A stretch of DNA of 64,000 bases from Synechococcus sp. (GTDB taxonomy: Bacteria > Cyanobacteriota > Cyanobacteriia > Thermostichales > PCC-7336): positions 1 through 64,000 of the forward strand of contig JBFRWN010000017.1 of assembly GCA_051439605.1 (NCBI GenBank). Reading direction: 5' to 3'. The stretch's first letter is position 1. Every line of letters begins with the position of its first letter. The notes below the pieces were generated by a model that ran no database searches, was not told the origin of the DNA, and was given only the letters and a program-made list of their open reading frames with translations. A program made the translations under genes and the position numbers. Positions 55,440-64,000 of this stretch are shown one piece after another.

Positions 55440-55853
55440 ATGGAACAAGGATTGCTATGGCTACCATTATTGGGGACTTTCATCACCTTAACCTGGCTGG
55501 GGTGGCGTTCTTACCGCCAGGTCGAAAGTTATCGGCAATGGGCGCAAGCCTTCGACACAGCCAAGTATGACAGTGCAGCTGTGGTCGGTCTCAAAGGGAT
55601 GACTCTTACTTGGGGAAAACCTCAATCTGATGGTCCTACTGGACTGCAGTCGGTGAACCTCAATCGCATCGAACACGTTGATTTGCTTGTGGATGGTCAG
55701 CCCCTCCCTTGGCCCCCGCAAGAGATACCCAAGGGTAAATCGTTTGTCCTCCGTCTGTCGCCCTCAGCGGCTGAGATTCCCTACAGTGATATAGGCTTGG
55801 CGATCGCCTGGTGTAAAAAACTTAAGCAAATGGTACAGGACCAATCGAATTGA
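55440..55853 (+). CDS. Conserved cyanobacterial hypothetical protein with an N-terminal TM helix
   Basis: ME.GLLWLPLL..F..L.W.GW..Y..VE.Y..WA..F..AKYD pattern. Confidence 0.75.
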   Translation: MEQGLLWLPLLGTFITLTWLGWRSYRQVESYRQWAQAFDTAKYDSAAVVGLKGMTLTWGKPQSDGPTGLQSVNLNRIEHVDLLVDGQPLPWPPQEIPKGKSFVLRLSPSAAEIPYSDIGLAIAWCKKLKQMVQDQSN

Positions 55854-55913
55854 TAGAAGTTTTATCCCCCTTGATTTGCGAATGATTCTCCGCGAAAGGA
55901 AATGGTCATGGCA

Positions 55914-57965
55914 TTACTGGGAAAGGCGTGCCTGCTGTGCAGGAGAGAGATAATCCTTGGGATTTGGGAATTGCTCGACCGGTTTTTCTTCCATTGCAAA
56001 GGTCATGAACTGTTTCCAAATGGGTGCGACATGACCGCCACCAGTGGTGCCATGAGCCATAGGAGTATTGTCGTCATTGCCAATCCACACTGCCGTAGCT
56101 AGCTGAGGGGTGAATCCCACAAACCAAGCATCGCGGAAGTCTGATGTGGTGCCAGTCTTACCGGCGATGGGACGACCGTCAGGTAACAGTGCTGCCCGTC
56201 CAGTTCCCCGCTGTGTAACCCCCTGCAATGCCTGAACGAGATTAGCCACAGCCCAAGGATCTAACGCACGCTCGGGTTCCGGAGCAGCAGATTCGAGAAC
56301 GTTACCTTGGCTGTCAATAACTTGCACAATCAGCGTAGGCTCGATGCGGTTGCCTCCGTTGGCAAACGTAGCGTAGGCGCTGGCCAATTCGAGGGGAGTG
56401 ACATCGGCTGCCCCCAGTGCAATCGACAGGTTGGGGGGAATAGTTTGTTGAATCCCTGCCACATTGGCAGACTCGATCACTTCGCCCACACCTAACTCAT
56501 CCGTCAGTTTTACCGTCGGGACGTTGCGGGATAGCTCTAAAGCTCGCTGCAGAGTCATGCCGCCGCGAAAGGTGTTGTCGTAATTGCGCGGACAGTAAGG
56601 TTCTTGGACGTCGGGATAACAGACGGGCCCATCGAAAATGGGGGAGGTGAGGCTGTATTTACCGCTGGCGAGGGCAGTGTAGTACACGAATGGCTTAAAC
56701 GCGGAACCAGGTTGGCGAATGGCTTGGGTTACGCGGTTGAATTGTCCCCGCTGGGCTTGCACACCTCCCACCAGCGCCTTGATAAATCCAGTCCTGGGGT
56801 CGATCGCAACTAATGCCACTTGATTGGCACGGCGGCTACTCGCTTGCAGATTGTTATAGCCATCGTCAACTGCCTTTTGGGCTTCTCGCTGTAGATCCAA
56901 ATCGATCGAGGTTTGAACTCGGTATCCACCCCTCAACAGAGCGTCGCGACCGTAGCGATCCACTAATTCAGCTTCGATGACGTCGGCAATCGCCGGAGCA
57001 CTAGTGCTAAATGATGTGATCTTTCCCAATGTCAACTCTTGCTGAGCGGTGATTTTCGCAGTTTCTGGTTCTATCCACTCAAGCTCTACCATGCGCTGCA
57101 GTACAATCGCCTGCCGACGCTTGGCCGCTTCAAAATTTCGAAATGGACTCAGCTGCTCGGGGGCCTGCAATAGCCCTGCGAGCATGGTTGCTTCAGCCAG
57201 ATTTAGCTCTGAGGCTTTCTTATCAAAATAGCTTTCTGCCGCAGTCTGAATTCCATACAGGTTATGTCCCCAGTACACCTGATTAAGGTACATTTCCAGG
57301 ATTTCGTTTTTTTCGAAGACCTGCTCCACCCGCATTGCCAAAACAACTTCGGCCGTCTTGCGCCCAATCGATCGCTCCGGGGTCAGAAATAGGTTTTTGA
57401 CCAATTGCATAGTCAGCGTAGACCCACCCCCTGCCGAACCCAGCCCACCAGCTAGACTTCCCATCACCGCTTTTCCAATCCGGACGGGATTGATTCCGTC
57501 ATGGATGTAAAAGTGGCTGTCCTCAATTGCCAGCAGCGCCAATTTCATCTCAGAGGAGATGGAATCTAGAGCAACAAGTTGACGATTCGCCTCTCCATGC
57601 AGGGCTGCAATAAATTCTCCGTTGCTATCGACAATCAGCGTTGTTTCGTTTGGGACGTAGTTCTCTAGGCTGCGTACATCTGGCAAGCTACGAAAGCTTA
57701 GGGCCAGCCCAATAGAAGCCCCAGCAAAAGCGGTCACCCCCAGCAGGAGACTGGCAAGACCCAAATTGCTCATTGTCCCAAGAACCCAACCCAAACCAAT
57801 TATTTTGGGTGGCTGTTGTGGAGGCTGTTGGTGAGAGCGGGGGGCTGGCTGAGATCGCGCATGCTGTTGACCCGCAGACTGAGATCGCATCGGTCGAGTG
57901 CGATCGGATGGGGTATTCAAGTGCGGTGGAATATTCCATTTGGGTGGCTGTGGGGTATTAGACAA
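55914..57965 (-). CDS. Class A penicillin-binding protein (PBP1A family)
   Basis: Transglycosylase AIEDSHF and GGSTLTMQLVKN; transpeptidase SAFK, SRN and KTG. Confidence 0.95.
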   Translation of the reverse strand: MSNTPQPPKWNIPPHLNTPSDRTRPMRSQSAGQQHARSQPAPRSHQQPPQQPPKIIGLGWVLGTMSNLGLASLLLGVTAFAGASIGLALSFRSLPDVRSLENYVPNETTLIVDSNGEFIAALHGEANRQLVALDSISSEMKLALLAIEDSHFYIHDGINPVRIGKAVMGSLAGGLGSAGGGSTLTMQLVKNLFLTPERSIGRKTAEVVLAMRVEQVFEKNEILEMYLNQVYWGHNLYGIQTAAESYFDKKASELNLAEATMLAGLLQAPEQLSPFRNFEAAKRRQAIVLQRMVELEWIEPETAKITAQQELTLGKITSFSTSAPAIADVIEAELVDRYGRDALLRGGYRVQTSIDLDLQREAQKAVDDGYNNLQASSRRANQVALVAIDPRTGFIKALVGGVQAQRGQFNRVTQAIRQPGSAFKPFVYYTALASGKYSLTSPIFDGPVCYPDVQEPYCPRNYDNTFRGGMTLQRALELSRNVPTVKLTDELGVGEVIESANVAGIQQTIPPNLSIALGAADVTPLELASAYATFANGGNRIEPTLIVQVIDSQGNVLESAAPEPERALDPWAVANLVQALQGVTQRGTGRAALLPDGRPIAGKTGTTSDFRDAWFVGFTPQLATAVWIGNDDNTPMAHGTTGGGHVAPIWKQFMTFAMEEKPVEQFPNPKDYLSPAQQARLSQ

Positions 57966-58251
57966 GCGTCAGAGCCAAAAGACTGGAGCTATTATAGGCT
58001 GCTCGTTTTAGGTATGACAGTGGGTTTGCGGACAGACTTTCCTCAGTTGATGGTGAAACAGTGTACTTTTGCTGGGGTCGATAAAGAGACAACCTATATC
58101 TATCTGGCTCGAAATCGATATCGGTTGAACGAGACTTGGTATAGATTGAATGCCAAACTAGAGCATTTCAGTGCGATTGCTCAATCGAATTGACTGACGA
58201 GAGGGGACCGTCTAGCGAGATAATTGGATCGCAGTTTGACAGACAATAGCC

Positions 58252-59457
58252 TTGAGTACTAAAGCAAACGACATTACCCGGCTGACCGAACGGGGGGTCG
58301 TAGAAATTTTTCCTGGAGGTAGTGTTGCTCTAGCAAAGCGGCTAGCAGAGACCGATCGCCCGTTACGTGTCAAGCTAGGCATCGACCCTACACGCCCCGA
58401 TCTGCATTTGGGTCATACGGTCGCTCTGCGCAAACTGCGTCAGTTTCAAGATGCCGGTCATAAGGCTATCTTGCTGATCGGCGATTTCACCGCTCAAATT
58501 GGCGATCCGACAGGTCGTTCCGAAGCTCGACCTCGCCTCAGTGCAGCAGACGTGCTGGCAAATAGCGAAACTTATTTGGAACAAGCACGAAAGATCCTCG
58601 ATTTTGACACCCCCGGCAGACTGGAAATCCGTCGCAATAGCGAATGGTTAGGGCAGCTCAACTTGAGTCAAATTGTGGAATTACAGGCTCAAATGACAGT
58701 GGGGCAAATGCTGGCCAAAGAGGACTTCTCTCAGCGATACGAGTCGGGAACGCCCATTTACATGCACGAGTTCCTTTATCCGTTGCTGCAGGGATATGAC
58801 TCTGTGGCCCTACAGGCGGATGTGGAGTTGGGGGGCACCGATCAAAAATTTAATTTGCTCTGTGGTCGCGATCTTCAGCAGTGGAAGGGGCAACCGGCTC
58901 AATTTGGTGTGCTGCTACCGCTGTTAGAAGGGTTGGATGGCTTCCAGAAGATGTCTAAATCCCTGGATAACTACGTGGGGCTGACCGAAGACCCACTCTC
59001 TATGTACTCCAAACTGGAAAAAGTCCCGGATAACTTGGTACCCAAGTATTTTGAACTGCTGACCAATCTTGCCCTAGAGGATTTGCCTGAGGGACCCCGC
59101 GATCGCCAAGTGCTACTAGCAACTGAAGTGGTGACCCAATACCACTCAGCCGAAGCAGCAGCCCAAGCGAAGCAGGCGGCTCAAGATTTAATCCGCAAAG
59201 GAGCAAGCGACGCCACCGCTGCAATTCCAGAATTTTCGCTGTCTGAGGTCAATTTCCCTGCGAAGATTACTTATCTTCTGCGGGAGACAGCCCTGCTGAA
59301 GAGTTCCAGCGAAGCCCGTCGCCAAATTCAAAATGGCGGCGTGCGCATCGATGGAGACAAAGTCAGCGACCCCAATCAGGAGTTTCATGCTCCGGACGAG
59401 CTTTACGATCGCGTGTTGCAGGTGGGTAAAAAGAAGTTTTTGCGCTTGGTTGCATAG
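58252..59457 (+). CDS. tyrS: Tyrosyl-tRNA synthetase
   Basis: GIDPT..DLHLGH, KMSKS, C-terminal S4 domain. Confidence 0.97.
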   Translation: MSTKANDITRLTERGVVEIFPGGSVALAKRLAETDRPLRVKLGIDPTRPDLHLGHTVALRKLRQFQDAGHKAILLIGDFTAQIGDPTGRSEARPRLSAADVLANSETYLEQARKILDFDTPGRLEIRRNSEWLGQLNLSQIVELQAQMTVGQMLAKEDFSQRYESGTPIYMHEFLYPLLQGYDSVALQADVELGGTDQKFNLLCGRDLQQWKGQPAQFGVLLPLLEGLDGFQKMSKSLDNYVGLTEDPLSMYSKLEKVPDNLVPKYFELLTNLALEDLPEGPRDRQVLLATEVVTQYHSAEAAAQAKQAAQDLIRKGASDATAAIPEFSLSEVNFPAKITYLLRETALLKSSSEARRQIQNGGVRIDGDKVSDPNQEFHAPDELYDRVLQVGKKKFLRLVA

Positions 59458-59503
59458 TCCCAACTTTAGTCAAAGGATTTATGAAGTTCGTGAAGACCCC
59501 CAT

Positions 59504-59545
59504 AAAACCAGCGACGTTAGCAAAAGATAGAACGCCGCTGGTTTT
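59504..59545. terminator. Probable bidirectional terminator between tyrS and msrA
   Basis: AAAACCAGCG...CGCTGGTTTT inverted repeat with an inner CGTT/AACG pairing. Confidence 0.65.
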
Positions 59546-59587
59546 CACAATGACATCGATTGGAGAAAGTATAGCTACAGCGAGAGC

Positions 59588-60247
59588 CTACGCCTCTACA
59601 CCAGTAGAGATGGGGCAAGACACGTTGGTTCCCCCTAACCCGCAGTAACCATTAGGATTTTTGGCCAAGTACTGCTGGTGATAGGGCTCTGCGTAGTAGA
59701 ACTGGGGGGCATCCAAAATCTCGGTGGTAATGGAGCCGTATCCCGCTTTTTTCAGTTCCCCTTCGTACATGGCTTTCGATGCTTCAGCCGCTTGCTTTTG
59801 AGCGTCTGAAAAGGTGTAAATCCCGGAACGGTATTGGGTGCCGCGGTCGTTCCCCTGACGCATCCCTTGGGTGGGGTTGTGACTTTCCCAGAAGGTTTTG
59901 AGCAACTGCTCGTAACTGATGGCAGTTGGATCGAATACGACTAAAACCACTTCGTTATGACCGGTGAGTCCGCTGCAAACTTCTTGGTAGGTGGGGTTGG
60001 GGGTTAGACCTGCGGCATATCCAACGGCTGTGGAGTACACACCGTCAAGCTTCCAAAAAGCCTTTTCTGCACCCCAAAAGCATCCCAAACCAAAGATAGC
60101 GGTATCCATCCCTGTAGGAAACGGCCCTTTGATGGGATTGCCATTCACAAAGTGAGCCTCTGGTACCGGCATCTCGGTGGAGCGACCGGGAAGGGCTTCG
60201 GCAGCGGTGGGGAACTGGGTCTTTTTACCAAACGAGAAGATGCCCAT
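59588..60247 (-). CDS. msrA: Peptide-methionine (S)-S-oxide reductase
   Basis: [21 protein letters not shown]. Confidence 0.97.
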   Translation of the reverse strand: MGIFSFGKKTQFPTAAEALPGRSTEMPVPEAHFVNGNPIKGPFPTGMDTAIFGLGCFWGAEKAFWKLDGVYSTAVGYAAGLTPNPTYQEVCSGLTGHNEVVLVVFDPTAISYEQLLKTFWESHNPTQGMRQGNDRGTQYRSGIYTFSDAQKQAAEASKAMYEGELKKAGYGSITTEILDAPQFYYAEPYHQQYLAKNPNGYCGLGGTNVSCPISTGVEA

Positions 60248-60510
60248 AGGAATACTCGAAAACTCTCAAAAACTGCTGTGACTGTGGGTTTGATTTCTGT
60301 TCTCAGGATAAGTGAGGAGGCAATAGAACGACTAGCATTACATTCCGGGAACAATTGAGCTGGCTCAGCTGTCAGCAAAACAGTCTGGCAACTTCCTTCC
60401 ATGCTCGATTGAGCTTAATGAGTCGGACGATTGCTGAATGTGCTTGCTTCTCCAGTGTGTTTGGTGACGAACTGTTCTAGCTTGGAATTAGGGGGATAGA
60501 GGTTTGAAAT

Positions 60511-60819
60511 ATGTTTAGCGTCCCCACGTACTTAGCTTTAGGCACTGCATTGTGCGGATGGACAACCTTTGGACAAATAGCGATCGCCTCCGAACCCGAG
60601 CGAGCCATAGAATTTACCTCTCCCTCATTCCAGTTGGGGGTCGAGCAGGAAAATGTCGAGCACGAATGGGTGAACTTCACCGTAGAAGACAGTGACGAAG
60701 CCATTGCTCGATTTGGGTGTGACGATCTGTTTTGCATCAATTTTTTACGGGCACAGAGGGGGCAAGGCCCACTGCAGCTAGAATTCACCCCCGATAAAGC
60801 GAGCACTGAGAGCGAATAA
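60511..60819 (+). CDS. Small exported hypothetical protein
   Basis: Signal-like N-terminus; FT..DSD.AI.RFGCD...CIN..R..RG C-terminal pattern. Confidence 0.55.
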   Translation: MFSVPTYLALGTALCGWTTFGQIAIASEPERAIEFTSPSFQLGVEQENVEHEWVNFTVEDSDEAIARFGCDDLFCINFLRAQRGQGPLQLEFTPDKASTESE

Positions 60820-60929
60820 GAGCGTCAATAATCTCGATCAATTCCACCTCTTGTGAACATACTGAATCTCAGTAGACCACAACCATGACCTTAATTACGT
60901 TACTTTATTGCCTCTATTCAATCTCTACA

Positions 60930-61063
60930 AGGGTCTGATTCCCCGACCGCTTGCGGCGCACTGAGTTACAGCGTACGAAGAGCTCTGTTGAACGGAGCTG
61001 AGCCGCGAAGCGTGTGAACGAGGTGAAGTGATACCCCGCCCCAAGGGGCGGGGATGTTCATTC
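60930..61063. mobile_element. Small non-coding palindromic element (PATE/MITE-like, IS200/IS605-type hairpin ends)
   Basis: Two hairpins, each preceded by TGAT(T/A)CCCCG: CCGC-tt-GCGG and CCCCGCCCC-aa-GGGGCGGGG, the latter followed by ATGTTCATT. Confidence 0.5.
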
Positions 61064-62236
61064 AAAAGGTTCTTTCGAGTGGGGAAATTGCCTGACGTCA
61101 GGGGGGCTGTCTGTGCCGTTGAGGGATGATTTTTCGTTTGTACGAGCTTTTCCATTGCTAGGAGAAGAGGGTGGCTTAGGGAGGCGGTGGCGAAGGGCAG
61201 AGATACGTTGGGATCGTTTCCAGACTTCCCAGGTGGCAACCCCCACAATCACAGAGGCCCCCGCCAAGAATGTTCCCCCTGCTGGTAGCCCCGTAAGTAC
61301 GAGTGCCAAGCTGCCCATCCACAGCGTGAGGGAGTAGATAAATAATACTGTCAGCCGATGGGGTACACCGGCTCTTAATAAGCGGTGGTGTAGATGGCGA
61401 TTATCGGCAAGGAAGGGAGATCGCCCCTGGCAGACCCGACTAAAGATGACAGTAGACATATCTAGGATCGGGACGGCCAAAATACAGAAAGGTAACAAAA
61501 TAGCCAGTGTCGTAAAGCCCTTCGCAACCCCAATCACCCCGATACCAGCCAACGAAAATCCAAGAAAATAGGCTCCCCCATCCCCCATGAAGATTTGTGC
61601 TGGTCGGAAGTTATACCGCAAGAATCCGAGGGATCCCCCCGCAAGGGCGGCTGCAATCATGGCAGCCCCAGGCTGATCCTCAAGCAAGGTCACAAACAGC
61701 AAGCTAACAGCCGCAATTCCAGACACCCCAGCAGCCAAACCGTCCAGACCATCCATCCAGTTAATTGCGTTGGCCAAACCCACCAACCACAACAGCGTCA
61801 AGATCAGGCTAATGGCGGGGGGCAGAGTCAAAACCCCAAGGTGTGGCAGCTGCAAAAACTCGATGCTGACCCCCACCTTCCATGCAGCTGTGGCCACCGC
61901 AGCTTGCAGAATCAAGCGGATACTGGCGGGCAGCTGGAAGAGGTCGTCTGCGAGTCCAATGGCAAAAAACAGTAGGCCACCAACGGTGACCCCCCACAGC
62001 TCGTATTCCTTTTCGGTGGGGAGCACGCCAAAAAATCCTGCCCTCCACACGAGCAACAGGGCCAGGATAGTGCCCAAAAAGATCGACACCCCCCCAAGGC
62101 GAACCATTGGACGGGTGTGCATTTTGCGATCGTCGGGTACATCAAATTTACCGCTGCGAAGACCAACGGCCTTCACTGTCGGAGTGGTCCATAGTACTAC
62201 GCAGGCGGCGGCCAGAAAGGCGACCAGATGAGCCAT
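61058..62236 (-). CDS. MraY/WecA/TagO family undecaprenyl-phosphate GlcNAc-1-P transferase
   Basis: GLADD, NAINWMDGLDGL, FMGDGG, HLHHRL. ATG at 62236, 2 bp after the glyA stop. Confidence 0.92.
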   Translation of the reverse strand: MAHLVAFLAAACVVLWTTPTVKAVGLRSGKFDVPDDRKMHTRPMVRLGGVSIFLGTILALLLVWRAGFFGVLPTEKEYELWGVTVGGLLFFAIGLADDLFQLPASIRLILQAAVATAAWKVGVSIEFLQLPHLGVLTLPPAISLILTLLWLVGLANAINWMDGLDGLAAGVSGIAAVSLLFVTLLEDQPGAAMIAAALAGGSLGFLRYNFRPAQIFMGDGGAYFLGFSLAGIGVIGVAKGFTTLAILLPFCILAVPILDMSTVIFSRVCQGRSPFLADNRHLHHRLLRAGVPHRLTVLFIYSLTLWMGSLALVLTGLPAGGTFLAGASVIVGVATWEVWKRSQRISALRHRLPKPPSSPSNGKARTNEKSSLNGTDSPPDVRQFPHSKEPFE

Positions 62237-62238
62237 TT

Positions 62239-63567
62239 TTAAACAAGGGCAGCGGCTTGATTGACAGCGAGGTGTGGGTATAGAGGGAAGTCCGCACACA
62301 ACTCGGACACCTGCTGTCGGCAGTAGGCTAACACACTTTTATCCTCTGGATTCTGCAGACAATCCGCAATGATGTCGGCAATGCGAGTGAATTCTTCAAC
62401 CCCCATTCCACGGGTGGTGAGAGCGGGGGATCCGAGGCGCAAACCGCTAGTCACGAAAGGAGATTCGGGGTCGAAAGGGACCGTATTCTTATTGGCGGTG
62501 ATATGAATCTTCTCCATCAGAGCATCGGCTCGCTTGCCGGTCATGACAGAGTTCTCTAAGCCACCCTTTTGTTCTAGGAAGGCTGTGACAGAGCGCAGGT
62601 CTAGCAAGACGAGATGGTTGTCGGTGCCACCTGACACTAGCTTGACTCCGCGTACTTGTAGGCGATCGCCCAATGCCTTGGCATTGGCAATTACTTTGCC
62701 ACAGTAGTCTTTGAACTCAGGCTTGAGCGCTTCCCCAAATGCAACGGCCTTGGCTGCAATGACATGTTCTAGAGGCCCCCCCTGAGAACCGGGGAAAACA
62801 GCCTTATTGAATTTCTTGCCCAACTCGGGATCGCGGGTCAGAATCAGGCCGCCACGGGGACCTCGCAAGGTCTTATGGGTAGTTGTGGTGACGACATCGC
62901 AGAGGGGAACGGGATTGGGATGGTGACCGCTGACAACTAAACCAGCGATGTGGGCAATATCCGCCATCAGGTATGCACCCACTTCATCAGCCACTTTGCG
63001 GAAGGCAGCAAAGTCAATCGTGCGGGGATAAGCAGAGTAACCGCAAATAATGAGTTTGGGCTTGTGTTCGAGGGCTAGTTCGCGAATCTTATCGAAATCA
63101 AGCTCTTCGGTGTTGGGGTTAACGCCGTAGCTAACAACGTTGAACCACTTACCGGAGACGTTGACGGGGGAACCGTGGGTGAGGTGACCACCGTGGGAAA
63201 GCTCCATCCCCATAATGGTGTCGCCGGGGTTCAACAATGCGAGGAAGACAGCAAAGTTCGCTTGTGCGCCAGAGTGGGGCTGTACGTTGGCAGCTTCTGC
63301 TCCAAATAGCTGCTTGGCGCGGTCAATCGCCAGCTGTTCTGCGCGATCGACATACTCGCAGCCACCGTAGTACCGTTTACCGGGGAGGCCTTCGGCGTAC
63401 TTATTGGTAAGTACGGAACCTTGAGCAGCCATCACTGCTGGTGATGTGAAGTTCTCGCTGGCAATCATTTCTAGACGATCTCGCTGGCGCTGCAGCTCGT
63501 CAGACAAGATAGCGCTTACCGCTGGATCGATTTCAGCTAAATACTCTAGGTTGGTACGTGCAGCCAC
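62239..63567 (-). CDS. glyA: Serine hydroxymethyltransferase
   Basis: [31 protein letters not shown]. Confidence 0.97.
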   Translation of the reverse strand: MAARTNLEYLAEIDPAVSAILSDELQRQRDRLEMIASENFTSPAVMAAQGSVLTNKYAEGLPGKRYYGGCEYVDRAEQLAIDRAKQLFGAEAANVQPHSGAQANFAVFLALLNPGDTIMGMELSHGGHLTHGSPVNVSGKWFNVVSYGVNPNTEELDFDKIRELALEHKPKLIICGYSAYPRTIDFAAFRKVADEVGAYLMADIAHIAGLVVSGHHPNPVPLCDVVTTTTHKTLRGPRGGLILTRDPELGKKFNKAVFPGSQGGPLEHVIAAKAVAFGEALKPEFKDYCGKVIANAKALGDRLQVRGVKLVSGGTDNHLVLLDLRSVTAFLEQKGGLENSVMTGKRADALMEKIHITANKNTVPFDPESPFVTSGLRLGSPALTTRGMGVEEFTRIADIIADCLQNPEDKSVLAYCRQQVSELCADFPLYPHLAVNQAAALV

Positions 63568-63829
63568 GACAATTCCCCAGTAAACAAGGCGATAAAGAGC
63601 CTTGCCATGCTAGCACGCACCTGCAGTCAAGCGGGATGCAACATTTCCCTGCACGGCTGGTTGAAAAGGGGCGTCTGGCAACGATCGCGGCATGTACAGC
63701 GACTCTCAAGTCGCTGAGGACATCTGAGCAAGCCAGAACCCTGATTGGGCAACGATCTTGCTGCCCTAAGTGAGAAGGCAATAGCTACACATTTTGGTCT
63801 GAGGCTCTGGCTTAAAGGAGAATAGCTGT

Positions 63830-64000
63830 ATGAAACTGTCTCCTTTACATATCCGAGTTCATAAAGCCATTAAGCAGCATCGACTGATGCCAAAAGGCAG
63901 CCGAATTTTACTGGGGGTTTCCGGTGGACAAGACTCTCTGTGTTTGATGCACTTGCTCAAAGACTTAACAGTGCTATGGGATTGGCAGTTGCATGTGCTC
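63830..64000 (+). CDS. tilS: tRNA(Ile)-lysidine synthetase, 5' part, truncated by the window end
   Basis: Not in the ORF track. AAGGAG Shine-Dalgarno, ATG at 63830, MKLSPLH...ILLGVSGGQDSLCLMHLL with the PP-loop. Confidence 0.9.
   Translation, partial: MKLSPLHIRVHKAIKQHRLMPKGSRILLGVSGGQDSLCLMHLLKDLTVLWDWQLHVL

Overview
Cyanobacterial chromosomal segment (chlD, desA, menC/menE, plant-type ferredoxin, abundant HIP1 GCGATCGC), mostly core genes in short, scattered transcription units. It opens inside a CheA-like hybrid kinase followed by cheW and ends in the 5' part of tilS. In between are tRNA-His, a probable 6S RNA, desA, a lipoxygenase, murQ, two cation/H+ antiporters, ureF, moaD, chlD, hemL, ligA, ruvB, a DUF4912-GH57 pair, men genes, uppP, queG, selO, PBP1A, tyrS, msrA, a WecA/TagO-type transferase and glyA. 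I found no prophage, CRISPR array, transposase, integrase or recognisable defence island, and I cannot support a claim of a complete new multi-gene system. The best leads are: a PAS-PAS-GGDEF-EAL gene broken by one in-frame TAG inside the EAL domain; a multi-stem RNA candidate upstream of an atypical ferredoxin; a structured spacer in the DUF4912-GH57 pair; an orphan ADO-like di-iron protein; a 174-bp tandem repeat in CheA; a SOS1/SLC9C-like antiporter with a degenerate cNMP domain; and a small palindromic element that overlaps a stop codon. All family assignments come from motif recognition by eye; no searches were run.
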